A DNA stretch of 63,989 nt, filler included, from Octopus bimaculoides (GCF_001194135.2; 10 parts of 9 records of this genome joined end to end with filler, not necessarily neighbours in it); one strand, 5' to 3'. Shown: positions 1 through 13,782, counted from the first letter of the whole stretch. The notes: generated by a model not told the origin, from the letters alone. Numbers and translations are program-made.

Positions 1-4
1 TATA

Positions 5-860
5 TAGGGTGCGATGGGTAAACTGTCGCCATTTTATATCTTTAATTTCGCGCGTGTGCATTGTTTGTTTTAGATATTTTAGACTACACAGTATAGTAGG
101 GTCAGTTGGAAATCGTCTTTGAGAAAAATAGCTGCATGACGCAATTCACTCAGATGAAATTTGAAAACGACATGCTGCACTGCTTGGCATTCGTGCCAGA
201 AGCTCCTATACGAACATTTCAGAGTGTTTGGGTAGCAATCTGAGTACAGTGCAATCTGAGGACACGTGCCGAGAGTGATTAAAATCGAACATCAAGTCAA
301 CATGATGGTGTTTGGAGTGATCACTAGTGATGGCGATGTTATGCCTCCATTCATCTTCCCACACGGTCTCGGACTCAATATGGAAGCCTATATCAAGTGC
401 CTGGAGGAGGTGGTACTTCCCTGGGTCAAGAGGGTGGCTGCTGGAAGACCCTATGTCTGGTAACAGGACTCTGCACCATGCCACACATGTAGGAGAACCC
501 GGTAATGGCTATCAAACAATTCCTGAAACCACACCACCCCTGACATCTGGCCACCTAACTCCTTAGACTGCAACCCTCTTGATTATTATTTGTGGGGCGC
601 AGTTGAGCGAGAGCCCAACAAAACTCCTTGTAACACCAAAGATGAACTGCAGGCAAGGATTATGGCAGCATTCACCAACTGAAACAAGGCGACTTTCGAG
701 AAGAGCTGTAAAAGATTCCCGAGTCTTCTGGAGGCCGTGGTTGAAGCCAATGGCGATTTTATTGAATAAATTTATTCTTCAAGATATTTCAAGATATTTT
801 TATGTAAATTTGGTAAATACATCTGTTAAAATGAGATGTCAGTGTTATTTTTCGTTTCTG
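5..860 (+). mobile_element. Internally deleted, degenerate Tc1/mariner DD37D (maT-type) DNA transposon
   Basis: Starts TA|TAGGGTGCGATGGG (TIR-like). N-terminal piece KRHAALLGIRA..ISECLGSNLSTV jumps straight to VNMMVFGVITSDGDVMPPFIFPHGL..VLPWV..RPYVW*QDSAPCHT...WPPNSLDCNPLDYYLWGAVE; 37 residues separate the 2nd and 3rd catalytic D. Several in-frame stops; right TIR not found. Confidence 0.85.
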
Positions 861-1148
861 CGAAATTTAGAATAGCCATGTCTCAAATCAAAACCGTAGT
901 CTAAGAATCTTAAGCATGGGAATCACACGTTAAGCAATGCAGTCGTAAATAATCGAAAGAAGACAGGCGGGATTGTCACGTTAGGAATGTCTTTGATCAT
1001 GTGTTTGCTTAATCAAGGCTGAACAATCATGAGTCTATACGATAACAACAACAACAACAGCAAATACAATAACGTAGACGTATACAGAGATTCATTATCC
1101 TGTACATACAGAAATTTGCGTGTGTGTGTATACATATGTGTGGGTGTA

Positions 1149-1179
<31 letters not shown>

Positions 1180-1293
1180 GCATATATATATATATATATA
1201 TATGTATGTATATATTTATGTATGTATATACGTATGTATGTATACATATNNNNNNNNNNNNNNNNNNNNNNNNNNNNNNNNNNNNNNNNNNNN

Positions 1294-1305
1294 TTAATTA
1301 ATTAA
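1294..1305. other. Assembly linker TTAATTAATTAA inside N gap (also at ~4120, 18617, 21776, 29129, 33963, 37689, 60845, 62862)
   Basis: Identical 12-mer isolated within N runs; contains stops in all six frames. Confidence 0.95.
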
Positions 1306-1729
1306 NNNNNNNNNNNNNNNNNNNNNNNNNNNNNNNNNNNNNNNNNNNNTTATTATATAAACAATATATGCGTATAAATTACGATTAAACCGGATGAAAT
1401 ATGTCACAGGGAATAACATTTTTATGACCGCCCAGCAGTAACTCTATTGAGCTGAATAGACGTCAGTGATTGGTTGAAATTACAGAAATACGACAACTTT
1501 AACATGGAATAACTTGCGAATTCCTTTTTTTTTGTTAAGAAGACTAAGAGTAAAAGATGTTTTATATGACACATTCTACCAGTGTCCCAAGTTTCAAAGT
1601 GTTTCGTTAAGAAAATACTGGCGCCCCCGTTTTAAAATAGATCCAGTACCAGCTGCGTACTGCGGTCGATCTAATCGACTGACCCCACTCTCCAAAAAAT
1701 TTCGGGCCTTATGCCTAGAGTAGAAAAGA

Positions 1730-1930
1730 ACCTTAATGTAGTTTCTTAGGGAGATTCAGTGTGTCACAGAATGTAACAAGGCTGGCCCTTTTAATTACAG
1801 GTACAACTCATTTTTGCCAGATGAGTGAACGGGGAAAGTGTGAAATAATGTATCTTGCATAAAGACACAACATGCAACCGCGAACCGAACTTACGACTTC
1901 TCGATCGAAAGCTGAATATCCTTTCCACCC
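1730..1930 (-). mobile_element. Degenerate tRNA-derived SINE
   Basis: Shares the tail block (TTCAGTGTGTCACAG..CAAGGCTGGCCCTTTTAATTACAGG) with 52488-52870 and the CTCATTTTTGCCAG.TGAGTG..GTGAAATAA.GT.TCTTGC block with 59410-59750 and 60370-60590. Confidence 0.6.
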
Positions 1931-2365
1931 TCCTTCGCAGTATATATTCTTTCTCTTATTCTTTTACTTGTTTTAGTCGTTTGGAAATCAGATCGTTGAT
2001 AGGCAAGGGAAGTAACTGTGGGTATTGTTCAGAGTTTTTAAACGTCTTCAGCGAAGTTTAGTTTTTCACACGTCTGTCAAATATATGCAGAGAAAGGAAT
2101 ATATGCATATATGTTGCATGTATATAGGTCCGTCTGACAAAACAGCATGAAGACAGAGGGGGGGGGGGAATAAGACAGGGGTATGATCTGCAGGGAAAAT
2201 GAATAGATAAGTTGAATGTTAACACACGTTTATGTGGGGGGAAACGATAATTTTAATTAATAAAGACAATATCCCTACGAGGAGAAGCAAACACTATAGA
2301 AGTGGTAATTAGCAAAAAGAACAACTTCAACAACAACGCTTCATTTCACAATGATAACTACAAGC

Positions 2366-2414
<49 letters not shown>

Positions 2415-2861
2415 CATGCGCGCGCACCTCAAAAAGCAAGCAAATTTACTTATCAAACACTTTTCCAGAATCAGTGATAAAAAAAGTTATACAAATAAGA
2501 CAAACAGAAGAGTGTGTGAGAAGCAGGAGTTCAGGTGTGTTGTCTTGATAAGACAGTAGTCAGATATTCCAATGAATAATTAAGAAGGTGGAGGTGGGGA
2601 AGACGATGGCTGAGTGGGGCTGCGTATTTGCAAGTGAGAAACAGGTCAAGGATCTACGCTGTTCATTGGGAAAGAATGAGACGGAACGAAGACTGTTTTG
2701 TTGCTATCAGGTGCTGGTTGCGTTTTGACGTTGTACAAGACTATCTATCGTTGCGATTGTCGTACTTTGGCGATGTAGAACGAGATTATTTCATAGAGGT
2801 GTTGTTTTAATGTAGAAAAATGTATCTTGTAGAGATTGTGTTTTGATGTTGTCTTTTATCA

Positions 2862-2990
2862 AGGCGTGTGGCTTAATGGTTAGGGGTGTTCAGCCTTTGG
2901 TCGTAAGGAAATGAGTCCGATTCCCGGCGGCGTGTTGTGTCTTAAAGCAAGGCACTTTATTTCACGTTATTCTAGTCCACTCAAATGACA
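2862..2990 (+). mobile_element. 5' part of tRNA-derived SINE
   Basis: A-box-like GTGGCTTAATGGTTAG and degenerate B-box GAGTCCGATTCCC, followed by GCAAGGCACTTTATTTCAC as in the 59410-59750 copy. Confidence 0.6.
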
Positions 2991-3004
2991 AAATTGAGTT
3001 TGGC

Positions 3005-3008
<4 letters not shown>

Positions 3009-3070
<62 letters not shown>
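3009..3070. repeat. (TAG)n microsatellite
   Basis: Direct reading. Confidence 0.95.
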
Positions 3071-3131
3071 TGTGAACATTATGAACTTGCAGAGAAGGAT
3101 ATTACGTATGAAGGATATATTACTCGAGAGA

Positions 3132-3270
3132 AGGCGGCGAGCAAGCAGAATCGTTATGAGTTCAAATTCCGCTGAGGCCAACTTTATCTTTCATCCTTTC
3201 AGGGGTAGTGAAATAAGTACCAGTTGAATACAGGGCTAGATGTAATCGAGTGGCAACCTCCCCACAAATT
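3132..3270 (+). mobile_element. SINE-like repeat (GAGTTCAAATTCCGC..CATCCTTTC family)
   Basis: B-box-like GAGTTCAAATTCC; same family as 34980-35420, 37245-37380 and 61550-61760. Followed by (GATA)n. Confidence 0.7.
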
Positions 3271-3286
3271 AGACAGATAGATAAAC

Positions 3287-3341
<55 letters not shown>

Positions 3342-3409
3342 CNNNNNNNNNNNNNNNNNNNNNNNNNNNNNNNNNNNNNNNNNNNNNNNNNNNNNNNNNN
3401 NNNNNNNNN

Positions 3410-3460
<51 letters not shown>

Positions 3461-5436
3461 TGGTGGGTCGCAGAGGGGCAAACAATACAGAGTTTGTAGG
3501 ACAATCAAAGTGCAGGGGTGAGGTGCATCGAAAAGGAAGATGAAAAAGGGTCAGTTAATGGGTGAACGAACGAAGGGTGTAAAAAAAAAATGACAGGGTG
3601 GTTTATACAGAAGACTATGTCAATGACTGCATCAGTGAACAGACGAATGAATGAAGTTCGTAATAGGGGGTATCCACATCTCACACAGCCATTATACATA
3701 CATACAAGCATTAGTGAGTGTGTACGTGTATATAATATAAATAGGCATATGTGTGTGTAGGTATGTATGCATGTATGGGTAGGTGGGTGGAGGCAGGATT
3801 GCCAGAGCATTTTTTTTTGCATGTGCGCTTCTGGTAGTTGTATAAGAACGTTTATACATATATAGACATACACATACGTCCATATATATGTTTGTATATA
3901 CACATATATGTATGTATATGTATATGTAAACACATACATTTTAACCGTTTACAAACGCATAAGCTAACATAAATACTAGGAAGTACAGGCTCACATATTC
4001 TCTTATAAAACAGGACAGATAAACAGATAGACATATAGACATATATAGTATATATATATATATATATATATATATNNNNNNNNNNNNNNNNNNNNNNNNN
4101 NNNNNNNNNNNNNNNNNNNTTAATTAATTAANNNNNNNNNNNNNNNNNNNNNNNNNNNNNNNNNNNNNNNNNNNNTATATATAAGAGATAGATAGATAGA
4201 TAGATAAAGATACACATATGCACAAACATGAGGATAGGAGGGGAGATCCTTAACAATATGATAACTTACATATATGTGTAACTTTCATTTGAGCATAATT
4301 CATGAAAACAAAATTGTTTAACATGTATATTAGCTGTTGTGTTCTTGCTGTCGCGTTTGTCCCCTATTTACACTCTTCATATGTCACACACATCACATTA
4401 TCATTCCCTCACAACATTTTTCAGATCTAGTGATAATTACTGCGTTTCTGGAGCGTCAACAAACCTGAAGAAAATATTTTATTTCTATTTTGAACTGTCA
4501 CTCTTGGTTTTGTTTGAATGTGTTGAGTGCGTTAAGCGTTGCTCACCTTTCTCGAGAAAACAAAATTATACATTGATTAATGTTATCCATCTTGCTACAT
4601 TAGTATTCACGTACATCTTTGTAGACAAATTATTTGCAGAAGTGACGTCCCTTCAATTTCACTCTCGAATATCCTATAAATTTATTCGAAATTTTAGAAA
4701 TATATTCTTGTAAATTTCTAGTTATTCTTACCAATGCTATCTATAAAAATACAAATCTGCAGAGTTTTTCTGTATACGTCTCGTATGGTGTAATGTTGAA
4801 TGCAATATATACCAAAGCGGTTGTTGAAGTAATCGGAAAATTATGAAGGACACCAATCCTTTATTTGTGTGCAAAATACGTAGATTATCTTAATACGAAG
4901 AAAATTTTATATTTTAATGCAAGAGAAATAGTAGAAGTTATTTTTTCAACCATATGTATTGCTTTCAAGGATTTCACACGTAAGTCATTGCATATGACTT
5001 CAACTAAAAATCGAAACCGCGTTCAGGCTCATTCTCCAGGTAGTTTTTTTCTTCCATTCTATGATTCCGATCATTTATTAAGCAGTGAACAAATTATATT
5101 TGTAAAATGATATTTAAAGTATTTACATCGCGATTTATTCCGTGATGCAAAATTTGTGATTAACATAAACATCCATGTATATTTTATAATTGTATAGTAA
5201 TTTTGAAATAATTATTTATGTGAATTTGAAAGCTTTTAGTGTTTGTGATAAGTTAAAAGGTAACTGACTAATATTTTATCTCGAAACATATGTGCGTGAT
5301 ATATATAATTATTTATGACTTACTTGTTTTTATTAATGATTGACATTTGTTCTTCAGCCAAATTCGATTTCTATCTGGATTTATATCGGTTTGTGCGTGC
5401 GTTGATAAAATGCACATACACATACACACGCACGTA

Positions 5437-5476
<40 letters not shown>

Positions 5477-5982
5477 ACTGAGATAAATTTTATATATTTT
5501 TGTAATTAATCCAGAAAAGCACACGCATCAAAAATACATTTACTAAAACTATGTTTTCTTTATTCTTTATAACCTTAAACATACGTTAGTTTGTCAGTAA
5601 ATTTATGATATAATCACATTTATGCAAACATTGATTAATCATAATTCAAATGTAAAGAGGCTCTTTGGAAATATTTATTACATTCTCAATTAGTATTCCG
5701 TATTTAATCAATATATAAAATGTCTTCTTCTATGGCTAAATGATACCTCTAACACATCTATATCTACACGAGCTGTAATTAAGTCGATACTTTTACCTAT
5801 CACACATAATTTTTCGCTACTTATACTATTTGGTTCTGTTAATTCTCTCTTTATCACACAAGCACACACACACACATACACACAAACACGCTCACACATA
5901 CGCACACTCACACACACACGAACACATACATGCACACACGCTCTCACAGAGGCGTGCATATACACATACACACACATGCTTG

Positions 5983-6028
<46 letters not shown>

Positions 6029-6066
6029 CTAATGTAATTTGCTTTGTCTCATTTATGCTGACCGAA

Positions 6067-6184
6067 TCAAATGAACAGCCTATTGTTTGTCCGAGGTCAA
6101 ATTATTCATGCAACACAAGTATGAAAGCAATTGGTAAAGCCGTGTTCGCATGAAAAGTGAATACGCACACATCTCTCTCTATTT

Positions 6185-6236
<52 letters not shown>

Positions 6237-6348
6237 AAATGTGTGCGTATTCACTTTTCACGCGAAAAAGAGCTTCACTAATTGCTTTATACTTGTGATG
6301 CATGAATAATTTGACCTCGAACAAAAATAATAGACTGTTCATTTGATC
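6067..6348. repeat. Diverged inverted repeat (~120-bp arms) around a (TA)n(TG)n spacer
   Basis: ATCAAATGAACAGCCTATT..GAGGTCAAATTATTCATGC..GAAAAGTGAATACGCACAC at ~6067-6185 is the reverse complement of ~6230-6348; roughly 85% identity by eye. Confidence 0.85.
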
Positions 6349-8027
6349 TTTTTTTCTTAAAGATTGTTAAAAATAAAAAAAATATTGCTTTTTATATTAT
6401 ATTCACGTCTTTGAAATTTTTACTCTACAATTTCTAATGAAATTCTCTCAGACTATGTAGATTCCGCGGACAGAGGAATTTTGGGGTAAAACAATTGGGG
6501 GTCAATTTTGAGAACTGTTCCCCGCTCGCGGGTGGGGGGCAAACAAGTCGTCCATATTTGTTTCATTTTCTCCGTTTTGTACGTTTGTGCATCCATAGAT
6601 TTCTACTGAAGCAACAAACAGGCAATGAAGGCAAGTGAAACCCTCATCAGGAAACTCGTTATGCTAAAAATAGCATCTAAATGTCTGGTACACAGAAATT
6701 TGTTATTAATATAATTGGAAAGTGCAACCTCTCCGGATCGAACAGCTGTACCACAGAATCTAAGCCACTATTTTCTCATCCTTATATTTTCCAGCCAAAC
6801 GGGAAGTAACTCTAATTCCTGACCCCTTTGCTTCTTTCAATTTTCGTTTTCGTTTTCCGGGTTTTCAACCTTCCATCCGTTATATTTACTGGTTTCTCGC
6901 TCTTTCTAACTTTTACTCTCATCATAGAGTCATATTATTAGATTGTTATGTCATGTGGGCACCAAACGCGTAAAACATACTGTCTGGCACGCTCTCCTCA
7001 CTAGAAACTAATAATAACACATTAAAAACATATATTGTGTTTATTAAGTAATACATACATACGTACATGCATACATACACACACATGTATACATACATAC
7101 ATACATATATACATATATATATATATTAGTTTATGTATATATTAATATTATCTAAGTTTTAAAAAAAACCTTTGACAATGTAAATATGTTAATAGTTACC
7201 ATAGGTAGCAAAAATTACACAAAAAAAAACAGAATATCACACCCGTTTTAAAGGTAGAGATATTCCTACATTTCTGTAGCTAATTCTGAGTCGCTTCTAC
7301 CATATTACTTTTTCGAAAACCTTAGCTTTAATTCTCTTAATTTAGTCCTGTTTTTCTAACTTTATTCCTCCCCCTTTTTTCCTCCTCCTTCTTCTCTTTG
7401 TTCTGGTTTTGGCCATTAATATTATGGTTTTACTTATAAATAATATCTCTCTTCTACTATCCCACATTAATGTATATCTTTATTTTAACTATAAATATTT
7501 GTTTTGTTCTAATTTAATTAGTAATGTTCGCTACGGTTTTAAATTTAGTACTTTAGTGTTTCGTTGTATTATTCTAAATATACTGAGGAATAGATATAAT
7601 TGTCCAATACCTTGACCTAAATTCCCTTACCTTAAATTTTCTCTAACCACTCCTTAGGGTATTGTCCTTCATTTTTTTATTCTCTTGCTTGATTTACCCC
7701 TAACCTGCCGTCCATTACTACTTAATCTACCTTCCTCTAAATTGAAATTACTACTACCCCTCCAATTAGATTATATAGAAATTAAATTCTTGTTTGATTC
7801 ACTAGACTGTTGAATGGCAGCCCAGTCAAGATGGTATTTGTTTTCTTCTCTTACTCTTGTTTTTTGCACACATCTACAAAATGACTTTCTAAAATGAAAT
7901 TCCATTATGCAGCTGAGGAGTACATTTTCATTGCACATTTTATGTAGTGTTCTCACTACATGAATAAATGGAGCTTCTACGAAACGTACGTACTGCTATA
8001 ACCTATTGAATTTTTGTTGCTTTTCTT

Positions 8028-8068
<41 letters not shown>

Positions 8069-8786
8069 ATGTATGTATGTATATATGTGTGTGTGTATGT
8101 GTGTGTGTGCGCGCTTTCGCGTATGGATGGATGGAAACAATAACAATGATGGGCTTGTAGTACACTACAGTTGTTTCAGAAGTCTGCTTTATTGATAATC
8201 AAAGGTGTTGCATCATGCAAAAACAAAGTGTTTCTTCAGTTTAATTAAGTGTAAAATTTAACATTTAGGATTCTTCATAAAAAGAGAACAAGTTGACCCT
8301 CCTATCCAGGTTACAGGTGTGATAGTGAATAGCGGATGCTATTTCAAAGGTTACATTCATGGTAATACACGAACACCTTCAAGGCATTGGAGTAAAGGAA
8401 GTAAATAGAAGGAAACAGAGACGGAGGAAAAAAGTAAAGATTAAAATAGAAAAGAAAAAAGAGAACGAAAAAAAACCTGTCATCCACTTAAGAAATATCA
8501 AATGTGAAACCCCTAAGGAGGAGTACATAACAATTTTCTGATATGTATTAAAATCGAATCCCATTAACACAAAAATGACCCCACATTTACGTACACATTA
8601 AGAAAACATAAAAATATACATAAATGTAATGTTTAAGAAAAATGAGCGAAGGTAATATATTTACTTGGTTTTACTCGAGGAGATCTGNNNNNNNNNNNNN
8701 NNNNNNNNNNNNNNNNNNNNNNNNNNNNNNNNNNNNNNNNNNNNNNNNNNNNNNNNNNNNNNNNNNNNNNNNNNNNNNNNNNNNNN

Positions 8787-8960
8787 NTGATCTTGGGCTG
8801 CTATGATAAACCCTTCTGTTTCTGATTTGAAGCCAGAGGACACTAAAAATTGATGAGTAAGGGCTTTGCCAACATCAGCATTATTAGCTCTCTTTAGGTA
8901 TTTGCCATTGAGAGGTTTTTCTTGAAGACATTGCTATTCCTCTTGGCCCTAGAACTCTGT
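8787..8960 (-). mobile_element. R4/Dong-type non-LTR retrotransposon fragment (post-RT region)
   Basis: Minus-strand QEKPLNGKYLKRANNADVGKALTHQFLVSSGFKSETEGFIIAAQD matches the KPLHG..WL..LK.ETEG.I.AAQD motif of RLE-clade LINEs; runs into a gap. Confidence 0.8.
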
Positions 8961-9327
8961 GAAAAAAAATGGGGTAATATTTTCATTAGCCAAAGCGAGA
9001 CACAGATCGATCAAGATGAGGATCTACAACTTAATATCTAGTCATAAATGATGAACTGTTTATTTTGTACAAAGGTATATTCAAACAATTTTTAAAGCAG
9101 AAAAAATGCTTTTTTACTGAACAGAGTGTAAGTACAAAATTAGGGGGCAATCCCTTTTATTGGTCATTAAATAATGGTGTGAAATAAGAATTCTTATCTC
9201 TACCGTGCTGATGTAGTAGTAGAAATATAGGATGATGGGAGGGGTAAGGCTAAAGTTTCGAAAGTAATTCAAGTAAAGCGGATTATCTACGAGTCTTTTG
9301 TACTTTTATTTTTTATGCTACTGGCAG

Positions 9328-9381
9328 AAACAACACGTGAACAACTTGTGTGTAGACACTGCCTGTCTAGACTCTGCGCAG
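9328..9381 (+). CDS. Weak candidate 54-nt internal exon, unknown product
   Basis: Pyrimidine tract + CAG acceptor at 9325-9327; CAG|GTGTAT donor at 9382 (alternative CTG|GTAACA at 9410). Open as TTREQLVCRHCLSRLCA or KQHVNNLCVDTACLDSAQ. No homology recognised. Confidence 0.25.
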
Positions 9382-11282
9382 GTGTATGATATGACGTCCA
9401 CTAAGACTGGTAACAGAATCTGCATGGCAAAATACAAAAAAAAATTGACAGATGAAAAAATTATGTTGTTTCAGAGAGACACCTCCTATTTTAGGAGACC
9501 TAAAGCTTAAGCTTCATTAGTTTTATAGTAGATCCACCTCTGCCTGTTGGTACCAGTTCTCAGAACAGTGGTGAATGTTCATTTAATTAGAATTATATTT
9601 AAACAACTCAGAAGATGGTTCCAATTGAGCTTCGAAAAAATGCACAAAAATAAATAAAATATACGATAGAACCTAAAATATGTTTTTGTTGTTACGCGTC
9701 ATATTTTTTCAGATATCTGTTTCAAAATACACTACGCATTAGCACCATTAATCTACATGAATTAATTTTCCTAAATAAAACTTTAATATCTATTGCAAAA
9801 CATGTGAATATTAAATGTTTCGTTTCTTTGTTTGCAAATAAAAGCAACAAAATATGGCAAAATTCATGTAGTTTATAGACGTCATAAAAAGTGTAACTTT
9901 TCAAATTTCTACTATCTAATAGCACATCTGTCAACTATAACGTAGTTTGTATAAATTAATTTGTATATATATATATATATATATATAAATATATANNNNN
10001 NNNNNNNNNNNNNNNNNNNNNNNNNNNNNNNNNNNNNNNNNNNNNNNNNNNNNNNNNNNNNNNNNNNNNNNNNNNNNNNNNNNNNNNNNNNNNNNNNNNN
10101 NNNNNNNNNNNNNNNNNNNNNNNNNNNNNNNNNNNNNNNNNNNNNNNNNNNNNNNNNNNNNNNNNNNNNNNNNNNNNNNNNNNNNNNNNNNNNNNNNNNN
10201 NNNNNNNNNNNNNNNNNNNNNNNNNNNNNNNNNNNNNNNNNNNNNNNNNNNNNNNNNNNNNNNNNNNNNNNNNNNNNNNNNNNNNNNNNNNNNNNNNNNN
10301 NNNNNNNNNNNNNNNNNNNNNNNNNNNNNNNNNNNNNNNNNNNNNNNNNNNNNNNNNNNNNNNNNNNNNNNNNNNNNNNNNNNNNNNNNNNNNNNNNNNN
10401 NNNNNNNNNNNNNNNNNATATATATATATATATATATAAATACATTCATATATATATAGTTATAAGTGTACGTATGTATGTATGAATGTATATATAGAGA
10501 GAGAGAGCTGGTTGTGGCACTGCATTGTGAGGAAAATATAGTAAACAAACCTTCTGAGTTAGAAGAGAAGAAATGCTTAATTACAAATTGTGTTAATTAT
10601 CTCATTATCAATATCATTGCTGTGCTATCTGTTTATATGTGTATGCATATATTATATATATATAAATATACTTACATAAATATATATATATATATTGCTT
10701 GTGTGTATAAGTGGGATTGTTTTATGTGCGTGAGTGTGTGTTAAATTAATTCTCGGAAAGCGTCTTCAGCACAACCTGAAGAAAACAGAAAGACATATTT
10801 TCTCACGCTACAGGAGACTAACATAAATCCTTTAATATATCAACGCTACTAATTAGAAACTGGAATGGATGGTGATGTATACGCATATTGTAGAGAATCG
10901 TTCATGAAATTTTGAATCTTAATATCCGAAAGCTCCAAGCTGTGCAACTTTCGTTGTAAACTGTATAAAGTAATCTCATTTGTATTGTTTGTGGTCGTTT
11001 TCAACTTTCAAAATGCAGTTTTTGATACTCAGGAATAGTTACGTATCAGAAAGTCAATACGAGATGATCATATGAGTACAACTTCAGTAGTATCACTAGA
11101 GAACTTCTCACATTTCTTCCAAAGGTGAACTCGACTACGACCGAGTTCAAAATCCCTTCTGGTTAAGTTCCATATGTGGAGTCGAGTACCTGTCAAATCT
11201 ACTACAGGCAAACCTCTCGGTATACATGCATATATGCATACATATGTAAATATTTTTATACAAATACACATCCTATTATTTT

Positions 11283-11450
11283 ATTTCTTTACATGTTTCA
11301 GTCATTTTGACCGTGGCCATGCTGGAGCACCAGGACTTATTCTATCGGTCTTTTTTCCCGAATTGCTAAGTTACGGGGACGTAAACGTACCAACATCGGT
11401 TGTCAAGCGATGGTGGGGAGGGGGACAAACACAGACACGAAACACACAAA

Positions 11451-11455
<5 letters not shown>
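11283..11455. mobile_element. Interspersed repeat (GGCCATGCTGGAGCACC / CTAAGTTACGGGGACGTAAAC family)
   Basis: Related copies at 13783-13935, 34020-34068, 35690-35900, 36650-36770, 38110-38225, 56470-56680 and 56800-56950. Confidence 0.75.
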
Positions 11456-11487
<32 letters not shown>

Positions 11488-11754
11488 CCATAAAAGTCTG
11501 ATGTTCTACCGACTCAGCTATATATNNNNNNNNNNNNNNNNNNNNNNNNNNNNNNNNNNNNNNNNNNNNNNNNNNNNNNNNNNNNNNNNNNNNNNNNNNN
11601 NNNNNNNNNNNNNNNNNNNNNNNNNNNNNNNNNNNNNNNNNNNNNNNNNNNNNNNNNNNNNNNNNNNNNNNNNNNNNNNNNNNNNNNNNNNNNNNNNNNN
11701 NNNNNNNNNNNNNNNNNNNNNNNNNNNNNNNNNNNNNNNNNNNNNNTATATATT

Positions 11755-11848
11755 ACAAGGTTTTGATCGACCCGAAGCTATAGTAGAAGACACATGCACA
11801 ATGTGCCACGCAGCAAAACTGAACCTTACCACACAGTCACGCCTGCAC
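11755..11848 (-). mobile_element. tRNA-derived SINE 5' part (CTATAGTAGAAGACAC family)
   Basis: Same family as 18705-18857 and 63880-63989. Confidence 0.65.
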
Positions 11849-11869
11849 CTATAATATATATATACATAA

Positions 11870-12495
11870 TTTTATATAAGAATGGCTATTTATGTCTTTA
11901 TGTCTGCTACCATCTTACTATCTAAACCATCCAGCCAATCTTCGTGAAACTTTGCATACATATTAAACTGAAATCCACTTCAATAACAGGCTAATTAAAT
12001 TTCAATAAAACTCGATAATGCGCTCCCTAGGGGAGTTGGGGGAATTAAATGATAAAATGAGAAGGGTGCAAAAAGTATTAGTCTGAGTGAAATGTAATAG
12101 CAGACGTGAGTGTTACTGATATCAGGGAAGGGTAGAACAGCTTTGTGTAAGCAACAAATATGGAGTGGCAATAGGATATAATGTTAATACAGCTGTCATA
12201 TACACACGACGCTGCATACATACTTTCGTGAATACACAAATACATGCACACACGTGCGCGCGCGCATGTAAGTAACTTTTAAATCGCCAAGAAATGGAGT
12301 GAAAGGTGGGTGTGAGGAATATGTAGCTTTAAGGAGTGAGAGGGTAGGTGGCTCTTCTACTTTCCATCGCAAAGAAACACTCATCCACAGACACACACAT
12401 ACATACACATATATACATACATAGTACATATATATGTTTACTACACATTTTAAACTCGTAATTACCTGTGCGTACATTTGTAAGTGTTTGTGCAT

Positions 12496-12572
<77 letters not shown>

Positions 12573-12948
12573 TGTGTGTGTCACGTTCTATAACTCTCTG
12601 TCTCCCTATTTTTGTAGGGCCTTCCTTGTTGCTGTGATATATTGTGAGATTTTAAAATCACGTCAAAATCTTCACATTTAGTATAGTGAAATAATTTTCC
12701 ACGTTAAATCCGATTTTGATATTTATTTGTTCCAGAACAATTGCAGAAAAATGTCACTGAGGTTTAAAATTTAATCAATTTTACCCAAACCGAAAAGACA
12801 ATTTGGATTTTTGCGAAAAATTGCACAAATCTGTCCTGATCAAGAGGCCCATCTTTCGGGGAAGGCATCGTCTCACGTGGAATAAACAAAAATTAATGTA
12901 AGACATTCTATTGTAAAAATCCTCGGCAACGACGGGCTATTCAGCTAG
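11870..12948 (+). mobile_element. Non-autonomous Helitron with internal (TG)n
   Basis: Ends CCTCGGCAACGACGGG (hairpin-like) CTATTCAG CTAG|T at 12921-12949, the canonical Helitron 3' signature. The start resembles TC-TATATAAG..TGTCT termini; internal CCAATCTTCGTGAAACTTTGCATAC motif. 5' boundary approximate. Confidence 0.6.
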
Positions 12949-13010
<62 letters not shown>

Positions 13011-13456
13011 TGTGTGTATACACACACATTATTGGTTCTGTGTCTTTGTGTTTGTGACTGTGTTGGTCCAACNNNNNNNNNNNNNNNNNNNNNNNNNNNN
13101 NNNNNNNNNNNNNNNNNNNNNNNNNNNNNNNNNNNNNNNNNNNNNNNNNNNNNNNNNNNNNNNNNNNNNNNNNNNNNNNNNNNNNNNNNNNNNNNNNNNN
13201 NNNNNNNNNNNNNNNNNNNNNNNNNNNNNNNNNNNNNNNNNNNNNNNNNNNNNNNNNNNNNNNNNNNNNNNNNNNNNNNNNNNNNNNNNNNNNNNNNNNN
13301 NNNNNNNNNNNNNNNNNNNNNNNNNNNNNNNNNNNNNNNNNNNNNNNNNNNNNNNNNNNNNNNNNNNNNNNNNNNNNNNNNNNNNNNNNNNNNNNNNNNN
13401 NNNNNNNNNNNNNNNNNNNNNNNNNNNNNNNNNNNNNNNNNNNNNNNNNNNNNNNN

Positions 13457-13658
13457 AAAAATGTCACTGAGGTTTAAAATTTAATCAATTTTACCCAAAC
13501 CGAAAAGACAATTTGGATTTTTGCGAAAAATTGCACAAATCTGTCCTGATCAAGAGGCCCATCTTTCGGGGAAGGCATCGTCTCACGTGGAATAAACAAA
13601 AATTAATGTAAGACATTCTATTGTAAAAATCCTCGGCAACGACGGGCTATTCAGCTAG

Positions 13659-13720
<62 letters not shown>

Positions 13721-13782
13721 TGTGTGTATACACACACATTATTGGTTCTGTGTCTTTGTGTTTGTGACTGTGTTGGTCCAAC
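13457..13782 (+). repeat. Apparently exact direct duplicate of 12747-13072 across an N gap (probable assembly redundancy)
   Basis: The 326 bp left of the gap are repeated immediately right of it. Confidence 0.9.

Noticed and set aside
12747-13782. 326-bp direct duplication (also 45960-46015/46369-46422 and 61779-61807/61838-61866)
   Set aside because: Copies sit on either side of an N gap and appear identical; typical unmerged contig overlap.
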